Assembly: GCA_040954595.2 (NCBI GenBank)
Contig: CM082588.2
Coordinates: 11,111,398-11,175,397 of the forward strand
DNA length: 64,000 nt
Direction: 5' to 3'
Source of the DNA: Balanoglossus misakiensis
Taxonomy: Eukaryota; Animalia; Hemichordata
Below are positions 56,791 to 64,000 of the stretch, piece by piece. The number at the start of each line of letters is the position of its first letter. The stretch's first letter is position 1. Below the pieces are notes generated by a model that was given only the letters and a program-made list of their open reading frames with translations, was not told where the DNA came from and made no database searches. The position numbers were made by a program, and so were the translations under genes.

Positions 56791-59080
56791 AAATTTTCGA
56801 CTTTGCAAAATCTGAAAATTTCATCGATTTTTGAAAAAATCATGGGTGAAAATCATGAAAAAATGACAAATTTTCGACTTTGCAAAATCTCAAAATTTCG
56901 TCGATTTTTGAAAAAAATCATGGGTGAAAATCATCAAAAAATGACAAATTTTCGACTTTGCAAAATCTCAAAATTTCGTCGATTTTTGAAGAAAATCATG
57001 GGTGAAAATCATCAAAAAATGACAAATTTTCGACTTTGCAAAATCTCAAAATTTCGTCGATTTTTGAAAAAAATCATGGGGGAAAATCATCAAAAAATAG
57101 CAAATTTTCGACTGCAAAATCTCAAAATTTCGTCGATTTTTGAAAAAATCATGGGTGAAAATCATGAAAAAATGACAAATTTTCGACTTTGCAAAATCTG
57201 AAAATTTCGTCGATTTTTGAAAAAAATCATGGGGGAAAATGATCAAAAAATGACAAATTTTCGACTGCAAAATCTCAAAATTTCGTCAATTTTGAAAAAA
57301 ATCATGGGTGAAAATCATCAAAAAATGACAATTTTTTTACTGCAAAATCTCAAAATTTCATCGATTTTTGAAAAAAATCATGGGTGAAAATCATCAAAAA
57401 ATGACAAATTTTCGACTTTGCAAAATCTCAAAATTTCGTCGATTTTTGAAGAAAATCAAGGGTGAAAATCATCAAAAAATGACAAATTTTCGACTTTGCA
57501 AAATCTCAAAATTTCGTCGATTTTTGAAAAAAAAACGGGTGAAAATCATGAAAAAATGACAAATTTTCGACTGCAAAAACTCAAAATTTCGTCAATTTTG
57601 AAAAAAATCATGGGTGAAAATCATCAAAAAATGACAAATTTTCCTCTTTGCAAAATCTATAAATTTCGTCGATTTTTGAAAAATTTTCAACTTTGCAAAA
57701 TCTCAAAATTTCGTCGATTTTTGAAAAAAATCATGGGGGAAAATCATCAAAAAATGACAAATTTTCGACTGCAAAATCTCAAAATTTCGTCGATTTTTGA
57801 AATTAATCAATGTTGAAAATTATCAAAAAATGACAAATTTTCCTCTTTGCAAAATCTCAAAATTTCGTTGATTTTTTGAAAAAAGACGGGTGAAAATCAT
57901 CTAAAAATGACAAATTTTCGACTTTGCAAAATCTCAAAATTTCGTTGATTTTTGAAAAAAATCATGGGGGAAAATCATCAAAAAATGACAAATTTACGAC
58001 TACAAAATCTCAAAATTTCGTCGATTTGTGAAAAAAAATCATGGGTGAAAATCATCAAAAAATGACAAATTTTCGAAATTGCAAAATCTCAAAATTTTGC
58101 CAATTTTGAAAAAATCATGGGTGAAAATCATCAAAAAATGACAAATTTTTTACTGCAAAATCTCAAATTTTCGTCGATTTTTTAAAAAAATTGTTGAAAA
58201 TCATCAAAAAATGACAAATTTTTGACTGCAAAATCTCAAAATTTCGTCGATTTTTGAAAAAAAATCATTGTTGAAAATCATCAAAAAATGACAAATTTTC
58301 CTCTTTGCAAAATCTCAAAATTTCGTCGATTTTTGAAAAAAGACATGGGTGAAAATCATCAAAAAATGACAAATTTTTGACTGCAAATTTTTGACTGCAA
58401 AATCTCAAAATTTCGTCGATTTTTGAAAAAAAATCATTGTTGAAAATCATCAAAAAATGACAAATTTTCGACTGCAAAATCTCAAAATTTCGTCAATTTT
58501 GAAAAAAATCATGGTCGAAAATCATCAAATAATGACAATTTTTCGACTTTGCAAAATCTCAAAATTTCGTCGATTTTGAAAAAAATCATGGGTTCGTCCA
58601 TTTTTGAAAAAAAAACATTGGGTGAAAATCATCAAAAAATGACAAATTTTCGACTTTGCAAAATCTCAAAATTTCGTCGATTTTTGAAGAAAATCATGGG
58701 TGAAAATCATCAAAAAATGACAAATTTTCGACTTTGCAAAATCTCAAAATTTCGTCGATTTTTGAAAAAAATCATGGGGGAAAATCATCAAAAAATTACA
58801 AATTTTCGACTGCAAAATCTCAAAATTTCGTCAATTTTGAAAAAAATCATCGGTGAAAATCATCAAAAAATTACAAATTTTTTACTGCAAAATCTCAAAT
58901 TTTCGTCGATTTTTTAAAAAAATTGTTGAAAATCATCAAAAAATGACAAATTTTCCTCTTTTGCAAAATCTCAAAATTTCGTCTATTTTTGAAAAAAGAC
59001 GGGTGAAAATCATCAAAAAATGACAAATTTTCGACTTTGCAAAATCTCAAAATTTCGTCGATTTTTGAAAAAAATCATGG

Positions 59081-59640
59081 CAGGTGTCAAAGGTATCCCC
59101 CTGTATTTGGCATTTCATGATAGTTTCATCCCTCCAAATACCAAAGCTGCACCTGTACAACGGGATGAGATATGGCACTGTATGACAGAGGTCATCAAAA
59201 TCACCTTATACATTTGGGCAAAAACCAACTGACACTTACATTCGTCCCTGTGGAACAAAAACCACACCTATCGCCCTGTTGGTTAGTGTCCAATTAAATG
59301 TATAAAATCAATGACTTAGGCAGGTGCAACAGGTGACCCCGCCTTTGGTATATCATTATGGTCCCATCCGTATATGCCCCCCCCCCCCCAAGCCAAAGCT
59401 GCATGCATCTTCTGTAGATGCTCACTAAGCAAAAGTAGGTGAAAGGTCTCATAAGGTCGCCCACAACTTGACGGGAAAATCGGACTTCATATTGATCCAT
59501 GTGCAACAAATACCACGCTACCACCCCTTTCATTGACCCCACAATTACGCATGCACATAATTATTGAGTTACGCAGGTGTCACAGGTGACCCCCGAATCG
59601 GGTGTATTGTTTTGGTCCCATACAGCTGCATGTAGCTGCG
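59081..59640 (+). repeat. Degenerate ~240-253-bp tandem repeat (about 2.3 units) abutting the satellite
   Basis: Unit starts are CAGGTGTCAAAGGTATCCCC (59081), CAGGTGCAACAGGTGACCCC (59321) and CAGGTGTCACAGGTGACCCC (59574). CCAAAGCTGCA recurs at 59141 and 59393, and TGGTCCCAT at about 59359 and 59613. Confidence 0.65.
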
Positions 59641-59750
59641 TGCCGTTACGGGCGACCTGATAACCCACACGGCCACCTGCGGGCCGACCCCCATACTGAA
59701 CGTCCAGTTGCAACATCACGACTGAAGTAGGAACTTTTGAACGGCAACGA

Positions 59751-59920
59751 AGCCTGATCTCTGATTATTGCTGGTACCATACTCCCTTCGTGCAAGAAAA
59801 TCACTGGTCTGCTGACGTATTTCAGGCAATTTCCCAAACTACTATCCACTACATGTGACTACAATGCTAATGAAACCTCCCACAACATTAGCGACTTAGA
59901 GTCAAAGCCCACTGCCAGTG
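59751..59920 (+). repeat. Diverged direct repeat, copy 1 (partner at 63130-63306)
   Basis: AATCACTGGTCTGCTGACGTATTTCAGGCAATTTCCCAA (59799) aligns with AATCACTGGTCTGTTTACGTATTTCAGCCGATTTTCCAA (63179). Shared blocks AGCCTGA, TGCTAATGA, CCACAACAT, GTCAAAG and CCAGTGT follow in the same order. Confidence 0.85.
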
Positions 59921-59963
59921 TAGCCGGGTTTGCGTAGACACATTTGAATGGCAACAGCTAACA

Positions 59964-59983
59964 AATAATAATAATTCTTTATT
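59964..59983 (-). promoter_or_regulatory. LINE 3' end: polyadenylation signal and (ATT)4 microsatellite tail
   Basis: The minus strand reads ...GTCTGAAATAAAGAATTATTATTATT, with AATAAA at 59978-59983 and (ATT)4 at 59964-59975. This is about 90 nt after the reconstructed stop codon and follows a T-rich 3' UTR. Confidence 0.8.
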
Positions 59984-60190
59984 TCAGACTTTAAAAAAGT
60001 CCATATACCCAAAAGAGAGAAGAAAAAAAAAACAATAATAATAATCTGACACTGAGACACACACAAAAAAAAACTTACATGATATACAATTGCTTTCGCC
60101 AATGTTTGAAAAATATGCTGTCAGTCGCTCTATCTGATGAACAGATCGCATCAAGTAAAACATTAGAAGAATTTTCGAGTCTACGCTTAA

Positions 60191-60318
60191 GATGGGTCCC
60201 TGGGATCTTTTTGCTCGTTGCTATGGGCCTTTATAGGACATTACACCCCGATTTGGACTAAGCCGTTTTCAGAGTCTAACAAGGGGCTGGTAACTAGTTG
60301 AAAATCTGCACGATTGTG
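60191..60318 (+). repeat. Left terminal inverted repeat (128 bp)
   Basis: GATGGGTCCCTGGGATC...CTGCACGATTGTG is a perfect inverted match to 60858-60985. Imperfect similarity continues about 15 bp inward. Confidence 0.97.
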
Positions 60319-60857
60319 AGCGCGCGCCCCCTGACGCCATTGATATGAAAATTAGCTAGGTCAAATTTCAAAAGCCTAAGGCTTTTTATTCCGTGACCTC
60401 AAAAACGAACTTGATACGTATTCATTAGTTGCTTGAACCAGGGAAGATCGTGACGGATTTTGTTTTCGAATATTATCGTTGTATCCTAAGATTTCAGCAT
60501 ACCCGTACCACACCTGAAAAAGTCATCGATTTTGGGTGTTTTTGGACGCACTCTTCCACCGGTATCGCTTCTTAGCACGACGAAAACCGAAAAAACGATC
60601 CGTCACACTGTGCGGAGGTGCGTTCTCAACAAGCAGGTCAAATTTGACTGGCGTACGTGGCCTATGAAAAAAGCCTTAGGGATTTTCGTGAACGGTACAA
60701 AATCTCTGTGTACAAAACATTGGATTTTTAGCGTTCGATCCAGTTACTGTGGTTACAGGACGCGCACGCTATCGCTGACCGCTGCTTTGCCGTATTAGCG
60801 TGGCGGCCTATGGCCGGGTGGTAGCTGCCGTAAACATACTCGGACAGGGGGTGTGCA

Positions 60858-60985
60858 CACAATCGTGCAGATTTTCAACTAGTTACCAGCCCCTTGTTAG
60901 ACTCTGAAAACGGCTTAGTCCAAATCGGGGTGTAATGTCCTATAAAGGCCCATAGCAACGAGCAAAAAGATCCCAGGGACCCATC
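60858..60985 (-). repeat. Right terminal inverted repeat (128 bp)
   Basis: Reverse complement of 60191-60318. This explains the shared peptide LRWVPGIFLLVAMGLYRTLHPDLD in ORFs 60079+ and 60915-. Confidence 0.97.
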
Positions 60986-63129
60986 TTAAAACTGTACATA
61001 TTGCGTCTAAAAACTTCACCAAGTGACAATACATGTACATGGTTTGTAGCAAACATACCCGATGCACAGCAAAATGGCGGAAGACCGAGAAATCTTCTCC
61101 AAACATTATTGTACATAGTTTTAAATTTTTTCATCGGTTTAACTTTAAAGGATGCCCACAAACTGCAACAGTAAATATTACTACAATATGCCAAAAATAA
61201 AACTTTCTTCACATCTTGACTACAATGTTGAAAATGTCTCAATAGCATGTTTGCTCTTACACAAAATGCTCTTCTCTGTCGTTCAATATCTTCATTATCA
61301 CAACCATCACAAGATATAACATGGCCCAGATAGGTGTGTACAGGTACAAACTTTAAAGTGATGTCATTAAGTTTAACCGAAGGAATTCTTTGAACGCTCA
61401 TATTCTTCCCATTAAAAAGCATGCACACAGTTTTACTAGAATTATAAATGATATCATAATCCTTGCCATAAATTTCACAAATTCTAAGAAGACGGCGTAG
61501 ACCCTTAATACTTGGACTGAGTAGAGTCATGTCGTCAGCGTAACCTAAAGTGTTAGCGCTGACACCACACATGGTACAGCCAACTTTGGCTTTACAGAGT
61601 GCATTGATAATATCATCAATGTAGACATTAAAAAGATAGGGAGAGAGTACCCCCCTTGTCTTACACCGTTAGAAACAGAAAACAACTCTGAGGGTTCATT
61701 ACCCCACAACACAGTAAACAATTGATTTCTGTACCATTAATATAAAATTCGTACAGCATACAAGGGAACATTCCTGTCGATGTGCTTGTTAATTATAACC
61801 AGTTTAAAGTGATTAACTCTGTCAAAAGCTTTTGAAGCATCCAGAAAACAAGTAAACACTGGTCTTCCATTGCTGGTGTAGTAGCTAATGATTTCTTTAA
61901 ATGCAAATAAACACAGGTCAGTTGAATGTTCTCGCTTGAAACCAAATTGTAAATAATGAGAGGTAAGAAACTCCTCACAACGAGAAAGTAAAATATGCTC
62001 AAAAAACTTTAGAGAAAAAAGTTGCTAGTGCTATCGGCCGGTAGTTACTGGCATCACTACAAAGCTTAGTTTTATCCTTAATAATTGGAACTAAATTAAC
62101 ATTGATAGCCTCAGTTGGCAGGTAACCATGAACAATCATTGCATTAATACAACAAGTCAAAAAGGGTAAAATAGAGGAGTCTGAGAATTTGAGGTGCTCA
62201 GCTAAAATATTGTCAATGCCAGCTGTCTTACCGTCAGGTAACTTATGTATAGCAGAAATTACTTCGTCTTCAGAAACATACATATCAGAAGAAAATTTAA
62301 CATACTTCATTTTCTCCTCGATGTCATTTTTACCAGTCTGAGCCTGGACAGAATTCAAAATATCACTGAAATGCTTGTGCCACATAATTGCAATTTCACT
62401 CTCACCAGTCGCTCCACCTACAGTGTCAGAAAGCGGCGTTTTTCTGCTAGTTTGCTTTCTGACTTCCTCCCAGAAGTCGTTCTGTTTGTGGCAGCGTAAA
62501 TTATCAGCCATCTTGTCAGCCCTATTTTGATTCTCAATCTTTTTACAAGCACGTAAAGCATACTAAAAACGAGCTCTGGAAGATTTCATGGTTTCAAAAA
62601 GCGGGCCTTGTTTAGGTTTACCCACATTAACCCATAATAAAAACATGGAACGGGCATAGTCGTGACTTTCTTTTACAAAATCGTTCCAGCCAGGCACAAC
62701 ATGAACTTTCTGGTGAAACTTACGTCTAATGGTATCTTTTGCAGCACAATTCAATGCGTCCACAATACTACTATAACAAGTATCAATTGCCTGTAAATGC
62801 GAAGGGTCTGTACAGTTCACATTAGTGCAGAATAACTCTTCGGATAAATTAATCTTATCAATCTTGGCTTTGGTACAACCGGTGTAGGCGGATATATTCT
62901 GCTGTGACAATTTTTTCCAATCAACTCGAAAATTACATTGCTTGAAGGAACTACTGCTGAAGCTTTCATCAGCAGAAGTGTTGAAATGAACCTCCATTGA
63001 AACAGGAATATGGTCGGAGTCAACAACATTGCAAAGACTCGAAATTGAAAGAACATTGCTATGAGAAATTTCAGTGGTAACACAGTAGTCAATCCAAACT
63101 CAGCGTAATTCAATAAAACGCCCTAACAC

Positions 63130-63306
63130 AGCCTGAACTCCGATAATGTGTTGTCCCAAAATTCATTCCGTGGAAAATAATCACTGGTCTGTTTACGTAT
63201 TTCAGCCGATTTTCCAAGGACTACTGCAACCCGCCAGAAGTGAGTAGCCTGCTAATGAGATCTCCACAACATAACGTAATGACGGTCAAAGTCCGATGCC
63301 CCAGTG
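63130..63306 (+). repeat. Diverged direct repeat, copy 2 (partner at 59751-59920)
   Basis: Colinear similarity to copy 1 at an offset of 3380 bp. Confidence 0.85.
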
Positions 63307-63345
63307 TCCGTCCTCAGCCCACCAAAAAAAGCGAAAAAATATTAC

Positions 63346-63699
63346 AAAAATCTTCTTCTCAAAATCGACGTGGCCTAGGACCTTGAAATTTGGCACAGGG
63401 GATTTTGGCCACATGGTCTACAAAAATCGCGAAAAGACTGTACATGCCCCCATTAACGTGCAAATTAGGTCAATTTGAAAATTTCGCTCGATTATAGCAA
63501 CAAAGTCACGTGACTAATTACAAATTCAAAGGGCTGGTGCACCAGTACTATGGGCCCCAACCACCGTGCCAAATTTGGAAGGCGCACCTGCCGGAATTTC
63601 AGAGAAAAACGGGCGCAAAAAAACGACTCAAGAAGAAAGAAGACAAACTCCAGCAATAACAGAAGGGGACCAAGCGCCTGAGGGCTCTTGGTCCCCTAA
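63346..63699 (-). mobile_element. Putative non-autonomous Helentron (HINE/DINE-1-like) 5' terminus and core
   Basis: The minus strand reads TTT, then the hairpin AGGGGACCAAG...CTTGGTCCCCT (perfect 11-bp stem, 63664-63674/63687-63697), then TCTGTTATTGCT and a TTC-rich microsatellite (63630-63643). A core follows, carrying AAATTTGGCAC in both orientations and AAAATCTTCTTCTC. This order (T-rich target, inverted repeat, microsatellite, core) matches HINE architecture. No matching 3' end was found, so the left boundary is uncertain. Confidence 0.6.
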
Positions 63700-64000
63700 A
63701 TATGGGACTAAACTTGACAGATACCCGGAATATTTTCCTATTCAGGATACCTGGTTGCATTTCCACCTAAAGGCGTCCTATTGGCGTGGAAATTGTATAA
63801 CTTGAAATCGTTTGACTGGGTGATAGGTATTAATATCTTATGATGTTATAAAACACTTGGCTCGCCGAAGGTATGGACCGATTATAGCGTCAGTCGTGTC
63901 ATACAATCTATATGAACGTCATGGGTCAATAAACTTGATGGTCCAATAAAATTCAATGGTTAGTAAAACTATTGTGTCCAATGTCTGCAGAGTATACTGG

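Larger units (their letters stand above)
120..59080 (+). repeat. Tandem satellite DNA array, 78-bp monomer, about 59 kb, single orientation
   Basis: Seen directly: the consensus monomer repeats head-to-tail throughout. Variation is substitutions, homopolymer length changes and a few recurrent truncated monomers. The ORF track repeats the same 26-aa unit MGENHQKMTNFRLCKISKFRRFLKKI (26x3=78). I saw no inversion or foreign insertion inside the array. Confidence 0.99.
60191..60985. mobile_element. 795-bp non-autonomous TIR DNA transposon (MITE-like), TTAA target duplication, Kolobok-like termini
   Basis: 60191-60318 is the exact reverse complement of 60858-60985 (128 bp, checked base by base). 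TTAA lies at 60187-60190 and 60986-60989. Excision restores the LINE reading frame. There is no transposase ORF. The termini 5'-GA...TC-3' fit the RR...YY ends of Kolobok better than the CC...GG ends of piggyBac, but the superfamily is inferred. Confidence 0.95.
60075..63096 (-). pseudogene. Disrupted LINE ORF2 (endonuclease C-terminus, reverse transcriptase, C-terminal domain)
   Basis: Joins ORF-track pieces 62563-62997, 61999-62511 and 60940-61572. Lesions: in-frame TAG at 62563-62565, +1 in the A6 run at 62001-62006, TAA at 61737-61739, -1 in the C6 run at 61650-61655, and the transposon at 60191-60985. Removing the transposon and one TTAA restores ...RRNMYSFKRRLENSSNVLLDAICSSDRATDSIFFKHWRKQLYIM*, with the stop at 60075-60077. 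Confidence 0.92.
59964..63097 (-). mobile_element. 5'-truncated, inactivated non-LTR retrotransposon (LINE; APE+RT; RTE group, Proto2/RTEX-like)
   Basis: Hand translation gives the APE C-terminal motifs WIDY (about 63085-63096) and SDHIP (63004-63018). The RT motifs NYRPIAL, QFGF, FLDASKAFD (about 61821-61847), GVRQGG(V)LSP and YADD (61531-61542) follow. The 3' end has AATAAA and an (ATT)4 tail. LINE identity is strong. The clade call rests on my recall of GVRQGG and the C-terminal CSxxVKxxLF...C...ASxMF pattern and is less certain. Confidence 0.93.

Noticed and set aside
120-59080. CRISPR array or other repeat-spacer or diversity-cassette system
   Set aside because: There are no unique spacers: the whole monomer repeats and differences are point variants. 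No cas or recombinase gene is present, and the only RT is a dead LINE.
170-59232. Numerous ORFs of repeated MGENHQKMTNFRLCKISKFRRFLKKI and antisense equivalents, read as a repeat protein or peptide-precursor gene
   Set aside because: 78 bp is a multiple of 3 and one frame happens to lack stops. Frequent 1-2 bp indels shift the frame freely and the longest ORF is 203 aa, so there is no sign of frame conservation.
59294-60798. Short ORFs 59294-, 59646-, 59902-, 60079+ and 60532+ as genes
   Set aside because: They have no recognisable domains and overlap degenerate repeats, the LINE 3' end or the MITE.
60191-60985. piggyBac assignment from the TTAA duplication
   Set aside because: piggyBac ends are typically CC(C/T)...(A/G)GG, whereas these are GA...TC. 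It is not formally excluded without the autonomous element.
59751-63306. LTR retrotransposon (direct repeats flanking an RT)
   Set aside because: The RT is non-LTR type, with APE motifs and a 3' AATAAA plus microsatellite tail. The repeats are far more diverged than the RT lesions suggest, do not abut the element, and I saw no TG...CA ends, PBS or PPT.
63664-63700. Rho-independent terminator
   Set aside because: The context is eukaryotic repeat DNA with no upstream gene and no proper U-tract. The hairpin fits a transposon terminus better.
63759-63793. 8-bp inverted repeat ATTTCCAC...GTGGAAAT
   Set aside because: Short stem with a 19-nt loop and no associated feature.
60915-63805. ORFs 60915-, 61793-, 62245+, 62817-, 63296+ and 63566+ as separate genes
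   Set aside because: They are off-frame or antisense readings of LINE ORF2, or chance ORFs across the Helentron-like sequence.

Overview
Eukaryotic (probably animal) repeat-rich DNA with no intact protein-coding gene. Bases 120-59080 (92% of the window) are one uninterrupted head-to-tail array of a 78-bp satellite, roughly 750-780 monomers and about 27% GC. The consensus is CATGGGTGAAAATCATCAAAAAATGACAAATTTTCGACTTTGCAAAATCTCAAAATTTCGTCGATTTTTGAAAAAAAT. All ORF-track entries inside the array are artefacts of the 26-codon periodicity. The array is a mosaic of local, variable-length higher-order repeats (358, 1205, 1523, 1572, 3290 and 5245 bp). It splits into two variant domains with a switch at about 33-35 kb, and its edges are less homogenised. 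The 5-kb right flank is a nest of mobile elements. A 795-bp non-autonomous DNA transposon (perfect 128-bp TIRs, TTAA flanks, Kolobok-like termini) sits inside a dead, 5'-truncated minus-strand LINE (APE+RT, RTE-group/Proto2-like). The LINE lies between two units of a diverged ~245-bp tandem repeat, next to a Helentron/HINE-like terminus at about 63.7 kb. I found no new enzymatic system. The best leads are a possibly centromeric satellite with both ends captured and its possible link to a Helentron-like element, and both are inferences.
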